Assembly: GCA_965153355.1 (NCBI GenBank) | Contig: OZ231126.1 | Location: 49,538,001-49,602,000 of the forward strand | Reading direction: 5' to 3' | Length of the DNA: 64,000 nt | Source: Flaccisagitta enflata | Taxonomy: Eukaryota | Shown: positions 26,305 through 37,897 of the stretch, piece by piece | How the letters are laid out: each line of letters starts with the position of its first letter | Numbering within the stretch: position 1 is the stretch's first letter | Notes under the pieces: model-generated | Databases searched by the model: none | The model's input: only the letters and a program-made list of their open reading frames with translations | What the model was told of the DNA's origin: nothing | Program-made: the position numbers and the translations under genes

Positions 26305-26620
26305 GGTATATTCGGGTATGCTTGGGTACGCTCGGGTATTGCTCTGGTATTGCTTTTGTATTGCTTTGGTATTGCTTTGGTATTGCTCAGGTATTGCTAG
26401 GGTATTGCTTTGGTATTGCTTTGGTATTGCTAGGGTATTGCTTTGGTATTGCTCGGGTATTGCTAGGGTATTGCTTTGGTATTGCTTGAGTATGCTTGGG
26501 TATCGCTTGGGTATGCTCGGGTATTGCTCAGGTATTGCTTGGGTTTTGCTTGGTTATTGCAAGGGTATTGCAAGGGTATTCCTTGGGTATGGTCGGATAT
26601 ACTCGGATATTGCTTGGGTA
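26305..26620. repeat. 10-bp minisatellite (GGTATTGCTY)n
   Basis: Direct reading. Confidence 0.9.
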
Positions 26621-26869
26621 TTAATCTCACATTTTTCTATTACAGATTACCAGGTGAACTGGGACCTACCCATGCACTGTTCCGTATGGCCACCGCTTGC
26701 TTTAAACTAGGAGAGCTGCCACTTTTATGACGGTTTCTGGTGGTCCAGCCCATGTATAATCCATGGCAAATGAGTGCAAAAAAATTCCCGGAGCGCATTT
26801 TTTTAAATTCCCATTTTTTTATGGGTTGTAAGTACAGGCCATAGAAAGCCATTTCCACCGGATAAGGTA

Positions 26870-27420
26870 ACTTCTTAAGCTTACAGCTCCTAAGCGAATT
26901 GAGCAATTGAGCTCAATTTGGGCTCATTTTAAAGAGCTATGTCTGCTCTTTAAAATGAGCCTAAATTGAGGTCATTTGCTCAATTCTTTTAGAAGTAGCA
27001 GTCTTCCAAAGTTGATGTTATTTTCAGGAAAATGGCTAAGACCCTTACAACTTTGAGAGTATTAATCTCCTAAATTAATTGAGCAATTGAGCTCAATTTG
27101 GGCTCATTTTAAAAAACAGACACAGCGCCTTAAAATGAGCCCAAATTGAGGTCATTTGCTCAATTCATTAAGAAGCAGCAGTCTTCCAAAGTCGATGTTT
27201 CTTTCAGAAAAATGGCTAAAATCCTTACAACTTTGAGAGTTTGTATCTCCTGAACGAAATGAGCAATGGAGCTCAATTTAGGCTCATTTTAAAGAGCAGA
27301 CACAGCTCTTTAAAATGAGCCCAAATTGGGGTCATTTGCTCAATTCGTTTAGAAGCAGAAGTGTTCCAAAGTTGGTGAAATTTTCAAATGAATAGCAAAA
27401 ATGCTTTTATCTTTGAGATT
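26870..27420. repeat. Left subterminal array: three 180-bp palindromic units
   Basis: GCTCAATTT recurs at 26911, 27091 and 27271. Each unit has the arm TTTGGGCTCATTTTAAA..TTTAAAATGAGCCCAAA. Confidence 0.9.
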
Positions 27421-28492
27421 TTCATCCATCTGCCCGTCCGTCCCTCTGTCTAAAATGTACGAGTTGAGAAGAGGGAAAACATGCAATTAAGATGCAGGGC
27501 GTGTGTATGGGGGGGTCAAGGGGCCTAGGGGGGGGGGGAGCTTCCGATCCTATTTTGCTGGTAGTTGTAGCATAATTCGTTTTGGAGCAGCACTCTTCAA
27601 AGTCGCCACATTCTTCATATTGGATGGCCAATACACAGACCAAACAACCAGCCGAAAATTTCGACTGATATAGAATTGACAATGCTGTTCAAGGGACAAG
27701 GAAAAGGGAACAACTGATGTCTACCGGCAGAGGAAAGACGGTGACAAAAACAATTACAATAACTAAAGAAAAAGATGTCATCTATCCGAAAGACACGTCG
27801 GCTCTTTTGCAGTACTTGATGGATTTCCGCGGATTAGATCCAGCTTTCACCGAGATCGGCATTGTTGCAGACAATGGTCAGGGTGTATTCAAATTTACAG
27901 TAGACAGAAGAGAGCTCGTCAATGGCGACGATAATGCTGACGACGAAGTTCCCGACCTTGTCGATGGCATTGATGACAAAGATGATGACGACGACGACGA
28001 TGAAGACGACGACGACGACAATGAAGACGACGACGATGAAGACGACGACGACGACAACGATGAAGACGACGACGATGATGTCGACGATTACGGCAATGAC
28101 GACGTGGAGGAAGATGATGAAACTCCTTATATCGATGAAGAAGACGGCGGCGACAATGACATCAACGATACGGAAGATTCCGTTCCGGATCTCGTCGACT
28201 ACGTGGAGATGGTTGCCGATGACGGTGTTAATGGCATCGACAGTAACGACGCCAACTACGCCGCTGTTGATGACAAAGTTGAGGACAATGTCAACAAGTC
28301 TGAAAATGCAATTCCCAAGGCCAAGCCTAATAAGCTCAAGTCAGGTTACGAGTAGGTTAATCTATTGCCTAGAAATGAAATATGTCAAGGTGCTAACATA
28401 GGAAGAATATCGATGGTTTAAGCAACTTTAAAAAAACAAGGCCGCATACACAGCAGCATTAATTGCGGACAGGTGGGCAGGGGCAGAATATG

Positions 28493-29023
28493 AAGAACAG
28501 GTCGCTCAAGGGCATTATGTGGTCAGCGATATCCGTTGCCCTGCTTTGCATGGTTGTAAATTGGAATGACAGGGCAGCGGCTTCGAAGGGGGCGAAGTCC
28601 TGTAGAACACAGGGGACTTTCGTTCGTTTGTCCGTCCGTTCGTCCATCCGTCCATCCGCCCCCCCTGGCCCTGGCAGGCCTGAGATTTACCATCTCAGGC
28701 CTAAAATCTGTCCTCTCAGGCCTGAAATCTGCCCTCTCAGGCCTTGAATCTGAGAGGGCAGATTTCAGGCCTGAGAGGGCAGATTTAAAGCCTGACAGGC
28801 AGGTTTAAGGCCGGAAAGGGCAAATTTCAGACCTGAGAGGGCAGATTCAAGGCCTGAGAGGGCAGATTTCAGGCTTTGAGGGCAGATTTTAGTCCTGAGA
28901 GGGCAGATTTCAGGCCTGAGAGGGCCTGGGGGGGACGAACGAACAAAGGAACTAACATACAAACGAATGAAAGTCCCCTGTGTTCTACAGGACTTCGTCT
29001 CCTTCGGGGCCGCTGCCCAAAAA
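28493..29023 (-). mobile_element. Long-subTIR non-autonomous element with 21-bp minisatellite (family D)
   Basis: ~60-bp inverted repeats GGGCAGCGGC..GAAGTCCTGTAGAACACAGGGGACTTT flank (TCAGGCCTGAGAGGGCAGATT)n. The tail is shared with 38785-38828 and 39400-39485. Confidence 0.7.
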
Positions 29024-29160
29024 GTACTTTGTGACGGATGGATGGACCTACCTACCAACCAATGGGCCACAAAGTGGCTTATAGAGTCGCATGACCACGA
29101 CTAAAAAGAATTATAATTTGTAAACATTAGGAGTAAAGAAATGTTTGATGCTGTGCGCTG

Positions 29161-29192
<32 letters not shown>

Positions 29193-29208
29193 CTTATGAG
29201 AAAGAGAA

Positions 29209-29707
29209 TAAGGCCAGATACACGGCTACCGAAGTCGTGTGTGGGGGGTGGGCAGGGGCCATATTTGAGGGCACTAGACCATTTGGGCAGGAGCTGTGAG
29301 GTCAAAGAAATAAAATCATAAAAAAAGAAAAACATGACAACCGACTGATTGACCAACCGACCGACCGGCGGATGGATAAAGGGGGTTGTAGACTGTAGAG
29401 TCGCGTGCACGCGACTAAAAAAAATCATTATTGAAACAAAGTAAAAACAAGTGACGCGGGGGTCACAATATCGTTGCGGACGGGTGGGCAGGGGCAGCCA
29501 ACCCCCAGCCTCGCCCAAACCCCCTTCCCACACACTAACATACACCCACACACAGTCAATGACAGCTGCAGCATCGTAAAATGCACGTTTCTCGCGTTTT
29601 CAACTCGAGCGTGACGGACCAACCGACCAACCAACCAACCAACGGACGGACGGACGGACGGACGGACGGACAAAGCCTCTTATAGAGTTGCGTGTCCGCA
29701 ACTAAAA
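29209..29707 (-). mobile_element. Two adjacent short HINE-like elements
   Basis: AAGGCCAGATACACGGC..AGTCGCGTGCACGCGACTAAAA (29209-29420) and AACAAGTGAC..GTTGCGTGTCCGCAACTAAAA (~29445-29707). Confidence 0.7.
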
Positions 29708-30552
29708 AAGAAAAGAAAAAAAGAGAGAGAAATGCAGATGACTAAACACAGCCATTTATGTAACATGCAGGGTCACGGCGGGAAGTTCAGCTGCATATTT
29801 TGCGAGGGTGAGCGCAACATGAAACTCGGTGAACACGGCAAAATGAGGACCTTTGGCATCATACGCAAGCGATACCGCCAATTCATTCAAAGTGGAGGAA
29901 AGCTAAAAGATGGGCAAAAATTTGCGAATTGTAACAACGAGCCGCTGCTAGATGAGGATGACAAAACTCTGGTCATCTCCATCATCCCACCGGGTGAACT
30001 GCATCTGCTGATAGGTGTGGTGGACGTTCATATGAACATTTTGATAATGATGTATGGTCTTGAGTTCGTGGAGGCGCTTGGGAGAACCAAATGTGGGGCT
30101 ACGAGGCACGGCTATCAAGGCATGAAATGTGTGAATAGATAAAAAAATCTTTTCCCGACCATTCAAGCCCAGCAGGTCAAGTTATGTGCTGTGTTACACT
30201 CTACACATAACATGGTAGAATACACACTTATATGCAATTATTGTGATGTTGCCGGCCGGCATTGCGGTGTAGTCGCGGATACGCAAAAAAAAAAAAAAAA
30301 AAAAATTCAATCATAGACAATTTATAACTAGATGGGGGCTGGGATGGCGTCAACTCCAAAAGACTACTTGATGGTATCGACTCTCTGGCCGAGGCTTTGG
30401 ATACCCGCTGCAACCCCATCATCGAATCTCTGCGCGGCGTGCGTGCGTTAATTGCAGGTTTTGAAAACAAGTGAAGTTTAAGTTGTTTTTTCCCCAAGAC
30501 TTGATATCCGTATATCTGGCTCTTACTTGTTGCCCATCTATTTGTGTGTGTC

Positions 30553-30589
<37 letters not shown>

Positions 30590-30600
30590 AATACTTACAT

Positions 30601-30861
30601 AGGCCTGTTTCTACTCGTGAAAATCGCATTTTGAATGGGCCACTCGGTTGCTTGCCTCAGCCGTTCGCTCGCACCGCTCACTCCGTCACTCACTCTACAG
30701 CGCTCTGCCTTGCTACACTTGCTTTGCTCGCTCGCTCCATTCACTGGCTCGCCCACTCATTTCGCTCACTTCATTGTGGGACAGTTGAAATTCATGAATC
30801 TGTGTTGACCTGACATCGCGTTATAAGGATGATGATGATGTTGTCACTAGAAACACACCCT
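30601..30861. mobile_element. Possible PIF/Harbinger-like MITE in the transposase intron
   Basis: CAT|AGGCCTGTTTCTA ... TAGAAACACACCCT|CAT: 3-bp direct repeat with a short imperfect TIR. Confidence 0.45.
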
Positions 30862-31449
30862 CATTCCTACATACATCCTCTTTCAAGGCTGTTTTGGCAA
30901 AGATCTTAGCCCCATGTATGCTGCTCTCATCCCTTTGTTCCGCGAAAAATTCACCGCTCTCCAAGAATACGCGCGCGATTTTCTCAACATAGCGGTTTCA
31001 ACCGCGTGGAAGATCCATATCATTGGCAGCCATATTGAGCAGTGACTTGATCGCCATCCAGTCGGTCTCGGCGTTTTTGCTGAGCAAACGAGTGAGGCTG
31101 CTCACAAAGACTTCGAGAAAACTCACAAGCGTTTCGCAGTCTCGGAAAGCAACTCTGCCCATAGAGCTAAGCTGTTGAGGGCTACTGTCGACCATAGCTC
31201 AAACCGAGTGTAGTGAGCAACTGTATTGTCTCTTGGCCCTTAAAAAAACTTAACCAGTTGTGTTATACAATTTCAGCCTTATTAGAGATTTTTTGGGCCA
31301 AGCGTAATTTTATGTTCGTTGACATATTCATACAATGCATTTCGTGATTTGAATTATTTTCCATGTATTTGTACCCATCACACATACTCGTATTAACAAA
31401 ACTGAAGGCAGTAAAAAATCTTGATGGAATCCAGAATTCTTAATGTGTG

Positions 31450-32130
31450 GAGTAACATCGAATTTGGAAGACTGCTGCTTCTAAACAAATTGAGCAAATG
31501 ACCTCAATTTGGGCTCATTTTAAAGAGCTGTGTCTGTTCTTAAAAATGAGCCCAAATTGAGCTCAATAGCTCAATTCGTTCGGGAGATACAAGCTTTCAA
31601 AGTTTTAAGGGTCTAAGCTTTTTTCTGAGAATAACATCAAATTTGGAACACTGCTGCTTCTGAACAAATTGAGCAAATGACCTCGATTTGGGCTCATTTT
31701 AAAGACCTGTGTCTGTTCTTAAACATGAGCCCAAATTGAGCTCAATTAGTTTAGGATATACAGTTAAACCCCGCTCTAACGGACCCGCCACCAACGGAAT
31801 TCCGCCTATAACAGACACAAATTCATGGTCCCTTCAAGTTAATTTCTTTTATTTCTTTTGTCAACAATAACAGAAGTCCGCTTATAACAAAAGGAATCTG
31901 TTGGTCCCCTGAAATCCGTTAGAGCGGGGTTTAACTGTATAAGCTCTCAAAGTTGTAAGGGTCTTAGCCATTTTTCTGAAAAAAACATCAACTTTGGAAG
32001 ACTGCTGCTTCTAAACGAATTGAGCAAATGACCTCAATTTAGGCTCATTTTAAAGAGCTGTGTCTGCTCTTTAAAATGAGCCCAAATTGAGCTCAATTGC
32101 TCAATTCGTTTAGGATATAAACGCTTTAGA
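31450..32130. repeat. Right subterminal array: three ~180-bp palindromic units (inverted relative to left)
   Basis: ACCTCAATTT recurs at 31501, 31680 and 32031. The last interval is lengthened by the MITE at 31761. Confidence 0.9.
31761..31937. mobile_element. pogo/Tigger-like MITE, TA TSD
   Basis: TA|CAGTTAAACCCCGCTCTAACGGA ... TCCGTTAGAGCGGGGTTTAACTG|TA, perfect 23-bp TIR. Confidence 0.9.
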
Positions 32131-33109
32131 AGTTACCTTGTCTGGTGGAAATTGCTTCATGTGGCCTGTACTTACAACCCACAACAAAAATGGGAATTTA
32201 AAAAAAATGCGCTCCGGGAATTTTTTTGCACTCATTTGCCATGGATTATACATGGGTTGGACCACCAGAAACTGTCAAAAAAGTGGCAGTTCTCCTAGTT
32301 TAAAGTAAGCGGTGGCCATACGGAACAGTGCATGGCGAGTAGAAGTGAGAAACTGCGTTTAAAAATTCTATATCAGTCATCTCCGTTGAAAATATGCAAA
32401 CAACCGACTGACCGACTTACCAACCAACCAACTGACAAAGTGGGGTTGCTTGGGGTTGCTTGGGGTTACTCGGGGTTGGCTCAAAGGCTCGTTTTCTCAG
32501 GTCAGAGATATTATGATTGTTGGAAATGATATACTTTTAAGCTAGAAAAACTAAGAAAAGACCCTGATTCGATTCTTTTTATATCCGGTATTACAATGAT
32601 CTACGATCGTTTCTCGCCTTGTTAGTATTTTCGTTTATAGCCTGATGAACGGTTATATCGCTCGATTCTTCATCGATTTTTTTGAAGCAGGATTGTTTCT
32701 TAAGCTACTACGTCATTGCTTTCTATGGTACAGCTAGTCCTTTCTTAGATGGTGGTCGAATATGTTTCGACGACCCCCAACATGTCGGTTGGTTGGTTGG
32801 TCGGTTGGTCAAGTAAACAACTCATTCCCAGATCTGAGGCTCTTTCATTCATTCATTCATTCATTCATTCATTCATTCATTCATTCATTCCAAGCAAAAT
32901 CGATTGTCATTTGCGCTCGATCTAGGCTGAAAAGATAGGCAATTTCCATAAGAACAAGGCCAAGTTGGCCAATAAGGTGCGACGTGTGGATCGTCGAACG
33001 AATGCATTACCCGACCAACAGACCAACAGACCAACGGAGACAGCCAGTTATAGAGGTGCTTTGTCGCACCTAAAAAGAAAAAGAACGAAGAAGGAAAGAT
33101 GGAAATTGA

Positions 33110-33539
<430 letters not shown>

Positions 33540-33689
33540 CTGGATGAATGCCCCGGCGCGGGCGCTATCTTCACCAACGTTGCACTACGACGGTTGCGAG
33601 CAAAGACGGGCTGAATTCCAAAATGAAGACCAACGAATGCGATACGAGGAAGACATTCCACTCAGCACTAAAAGCCTCTCCGAGATTCT

Positions 33690-35078
33690 TATGGCAGTTT
33701 CCACAATAAACCAGACTGGCGGAAATCAAGCGACTGAATTCGTTAACATTGATAAAAATGTCATAATTTCATAATGGTTGCACCTAATAGCTTGAAATTT
33801 GAGCCCCATGCTCAGAATTTGATACTGTTTTAGATCATGTAAAAAGAAATATTCTGATTCTTAAAATGTGTTCAACTATGTTAATTTTTATTGTAATCAG
33901 AGTAACATAAGAGTAACAGGGTGTTAACATTTTAAGTCACTCTCTTCAAAAATCCATATCTCCGGCTAGAATTGGCATTAAGGTCTGAAATTTTGCATGT
34001 AACTTAGGTTGTATCTGTACTAAAGGGGGAAAAAAGAAATTTTTCATAATACTTAAGATATTGGCATTTAAAGAATAGTATACTTCTATGTATCAAAATC
34101 AAATAAATTATCATTTTTGACATATCAACTAAAAATGAAATTTTGCTATAGTAAATAATAATTGGTCACCATAAAATCTTTAGTTCTTCTTCAGGGATTG
34201 CCATTAAACAAAAATCACCCATAGTTGGGTAAGCTTAATGATTTTTTGATGTTTTTTTTCATTGTGCTTTTGAGTGTGACATCAGTATGACATAAAAAAG
34301 GGGGTTATTTTGGCCTATTTTTTGCTAGATAACCTATCAAAATTTTAAGTATGAAGGATATCAGCTAAGCACTGAATCCCAAATAATGTGTCACAACAGC
34401 TTTTACCGGGTGATCAGTCGGAATTGAGTAAAAGTATGATGCCATTACACTTTAACTACATAAGCAAACTAGTTGAGGATGGTCTTGAATTGAAGAGAAT
34501 TGGTGAACGTTTGCTTATCTAAAAAGAAATAGCCCCATAATGTTTAAGAAACTGCCCTCTAAGTTATATTTCAATTTATGTCGATTTAGAAAAGTTGTGC
34601 ATTTTGCGCAGAATCCTTGTCTAATGACAAGTTAATTCATTTTGACTAGAGACATTTTAGGTAAGAAATTGCGATTCTTATGATTCTCTTTTCAAAACAG
34701 GATTAAAAACATATCAATTTGGCACCAAAAAATGGAATTTAGCTTTACCCAATCATCCGATATACTAAAAACACCGTCAACATTGAGAAAATGGTAAAAA
34801 GTAAATCGTCCAAATTACTCCAATTTTGGCATCAATTCCCTTTTGGGCTACAATACCTATCTTAGGCTTAAAGTAAACGTTCATCAATTTTCTTTATTAT
34901 GAATCATTGCCCTTCTTTCAACTATCAGTTGTTCAGTCTCAGCGCCCAAAAAGATTTACTCAATTCCGGCTGATCACCCGGTATCATGAAAAAAAAGGTT
35001 TAGCATGATAAAAACAATATTTTTACCTGTTACATCATGAATTTCAGCTGAGCCAGTTTATTGTGGAAATGACCTTAT
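33690..35078. mobile_element. Degenerate TIR element hosting a mariner-like MITE
   Basis: TTTCCACAATAAAC at ~33698 and inverted GTTTATTGTGGAAA at ~35056. Ends are imprecise. Confidence 0.45.
34406..34981. mobile_element. Tc1/mariner-like MITE, TA TSD
   Basis: TA|CCGGGTGATCAGTCGGAATTGAGTAAA ... TTTACTCAATTCCGGCTGATCACCCGG|TA. Confidence 0.88.
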
Positions 35079-35247
35079 ATTGAAAAAGATCTGTCAGTAT
35101 GTCTGTCACCTTCTGTCCGTATGCATGTATCTATCTAACTACTAGTACAAGCCAAGGAATCGAGGAAGAATCAAATCTCTGAAATGTACCGACTCCCTTA
35201 GACATGAAAACTGTCTCGCGGATGTATTAAACCATTCATTCATTCAT

Positions 35248-35314
<67 letters not shown>

Positions 35315-35430
35315 CAATTTAGTCCTTGTTAGCATCATCGTTTTCATTAACATCGTCGATAATGCCATCTTCATCGTCTCTTTCTTTTTTTCTTTCTTTC
35401 TTTCCTTCTTTCTTTTTTTTTCTTTCTTTT

Positions 35431-37328
35431 TTTAGTCGCGTGCACGCGACTCTACAACCCGCTCCGTCGGTCGGTCGGTTGGTCGGTTGGTCGGTCCGTC
35501 GGTCCGTAACACTTTGCTTTTTTGCATCTTTTTGGTCATTTTGGGTCGTCTGGAGTTATTTTGAGTCATTTTTTTGATGTTTTTGTTCATTTTTGTTTGG
35601 TTTTAGTCATTTTTGGTCATTTTTGATCATTTACGTCACTTTGTTCTTTTAAGTCATTTGAGTCATTTTTGGGCATTAAAAGTAGTTTTTAGTCATTTTA
35701 AGTCATTTTGGGACATTTCAGGTCATTTTTGGTCATTTAACATAGTTTTTTGGTATGTTTTGGTCATTTATATTTTTTGGTTTTTTGGTTTTTTGGTTTT
35801 TTGGTTTTTTGTTTTTTGTTTTTGGTTTTTATTTCTTTGGTTTTTGGTTTTTGGTTTTTTGGTTTTTTGGTTTTTTGGTTTTTTGGTTTTTTGGTTTTTG
35901 CTTTTTGGTTTTTTGGTTTTTTGGTTTTTGGTTTCTTGGTTTTTAGTTTTTGGTTTTTTGTTTTTGGTCATTTAACATGGTTTTTTGGTATGTTTTGGTC
36001 ATTTATGTTTTTGGTCTTTTGTTTTTTAGTTTTTTTGTTTTTTTTGTTTTTGTTTTTTGTTTTTTGTTTTTTTGTTTTTTGGCTTTTTGGTATGTTTTGG
36101 TCATTTATATCTTTGGTTTTTTGGTTATGGTTTTTGGTTTTTGGTCCATTAACATGGTTTTTTGATATGTTTTGGTTTTATGGTTTTTGTTTTTTTTAGG
36201 TTTTTTGGTTCTTTGGTTTTTGGTTTTTGGTTTTTGTTTTTGTTTCCTAGTTTTTTGGTTTTTTGGTTTTTGGTTTTTTGGTTTTTGGTTTTTGGTTTTT
36301 GGTTTTTGGTTTTTTGGTTTTTGGTTTTTGGTTTTTTGGTCATTTATGTTTTTTGGTTTTTGTTTTTTTGTTTTTTTGTTTTTTGTTTTTTTGGTCATTT
36401 ATGTTCCTTGGTTTTTTGGTTTTTGGTTTTTTGGTGTTTTTGGTTATTGGGTTTTGGTCATTTAACATAGTTTTTTTGTTTGTTTTTTGTTTTTGGTTTT
36501 TGGTATTTGAATTTTTGATTTTTTGGTTTTTTGTTTTTTGGCTTTTGGTTTTTTTGGTTTTTTTTTTGTTTTTATGTTTTTTGTTTTTTTTGTTTTTTGT
36601 TTTTTGTTTTTTTGGTCATTTATGTTTTGGTATGTTTTGATTATTTATGTTTTTTGGTATGTTTTCATCATTAATGTCATTTCAAGTCTGCTTGTTTAAG
36701 TCTGCTGCTTTAAGTCTACTAGTTTAAGTCTGTCGATTAAAGTCTGCTGGTTCAAGTCGGCTGGTCTTAGTCTGCTGGTTTAAGTCTGCTGGTTTACGTC
36801 TGTTGGTTTAAGTCCGCTGGTTTAAGTCTGCTGGTTTAAGTCTGCTGGTTTAAGTCTGCTGGTTTAGGTCTGCTGGTTTAAGTCTGCTGGTTTAAGTCTG
36901 CTGGTTTAAGTCTGCTGGTTTATGTCTGCTGGTTTAAGTCTGCTGGTTTAAGTCTGCTGATCTAACTCTGCTGGTTTAAGTCTGCCGGTTTAAGTCTGCT
37001 GGTTTAAGTCTGCTGGTTTAAGTCTGCTGGTTTAAGTCTGCTGGTTAAAGTCTGGTTTAAGTCTGATTTAGTCATTTTTCATTGATTGGGTTGATAGAGT
37101 TGATTAATTTGACTCAATTACAAAAGTGGGTAGGTTTCCATGGCCTCCAATACCTCATTAAGCTGATTTATTCATCAACTTATTTAAGTCAATCTAGTCA
37201 ACTAAATCATTTTATTCATTTCTTATATTTCTCCCTATTCAGTCATGCTGATTAAAAAGATACGATAAGGAGTCAGGTCAATTCAGTTTTTTATGCCTCG
37301 CACGCGACCTATAGGTGTTGACCTTGTT
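35431..37328 (+). mobile_element. HINE-like element containing (TTTTTGGT)n and 14-bp (GTCTGCTGGTTTAA)n satellites
   Basis: 5' TTTAGTCGCGTGCACGCGACTCTACAACCC; 3' CGCACGCGACCTATAGGTGTTGACCTTGTT. Confidence 0.8.
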
Positions 37329-37394
37329 CTTTTTTTACTCTGTCTTTCTCTCTTTTTAACATTTACTATCTCCTTCTTAATTTCATTCAGTCAT

Positions 37395-37851
37395 TTTTAG
37401 TTGCGTGCTACGCGACTCTACATCCCGCTATCTCGGTCCGTTGGTCGGTCGGTCGTCGGTCGGTTGGTCCCCTTTTTACCTTTTCAGCGTTTTTTAGCTT
37501 TTTGAGCATACGACTCCTGCCCAGATGCCCTGGTGACCTTCTCCAGCACTGCTCCTGCCCACCCGCACGCAACTAGGGTAGCCGTGTATCCGGCCTTGTT
37601 TTTGGTTCATTCTTCAATTCATTCTTTTTTTCTTTCTTTTCTTTTTCGTTTTGGACACGCAACTCTATAAGAAGCTTTGTCCATTCGTCCATCCGTCCAT
37701 CTATTGGTCCGTCTGACCGTTGGTCCGTCCGTCTGTCGGACTGTCAGCACGAGTTGAAAATTGAGAAAATAAGTGTTTTAGAACATTTTTAGTTATGCAT
37801 TTCCGCCCCAGCCCACCTGTCTGCAACTGGTGGCCGTGTATCCGGCCTTGT
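37395..37851 (+). mobile_element. Two short HINE-like elements in tandem
   Basis: Both end in GCCGTGTATCCGGCCTTGTT (~37600 and ~37851) and carry (GTCG/GTCC)n tracts. Confidence 0.7.
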
Positions 37852-37897
37852 TCTCTCTTTTCTTGTTTCCTTGCTTCATTCTAGCTTAGTATTGTTC

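Larger units (their letters stand above)
27717..31213 (+). pseudogene. Spliced Chapaev-like DDE transposase pseudogene
   Basis: Segments: ~27717-28344 (IGIVADNGQGVFKF), ~29732-30119 (QGHGGKFSCIFC, RTFG, IPPGELHLLIGVV), 30332-30457 (GGWDGVNSKRLL) and 30888-31213 (CFGKDL, WKIHIIGSH, GLGVFAEQTSEAAHKDF). AG/GT splice sites are in phase for the last intron. Premature TGA at 31043-31045. Confidence 0.78.
26675..32330 (+). mobile_element. Chapaev-like (CMC) DNA transposon
   Basis: CATG|CACTGTTCCGTATGGCCACCGCTT ... AAGCGGTGGCCATACGGAACAGTG|CATG gives a 4-bp TSD with CAC..GTG ends. ~200-bp TIRs, subterminal 180-bp arrays and transposase remnants are present. Confidence 0.82.

Noticed and set aside
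26870-27420. CRISPR-like array (also 50089-50318 and 36680-37065)
   Set aside because: The units are tandem with no unique spacers, the context is eukaryotic, and there are no cas genes.
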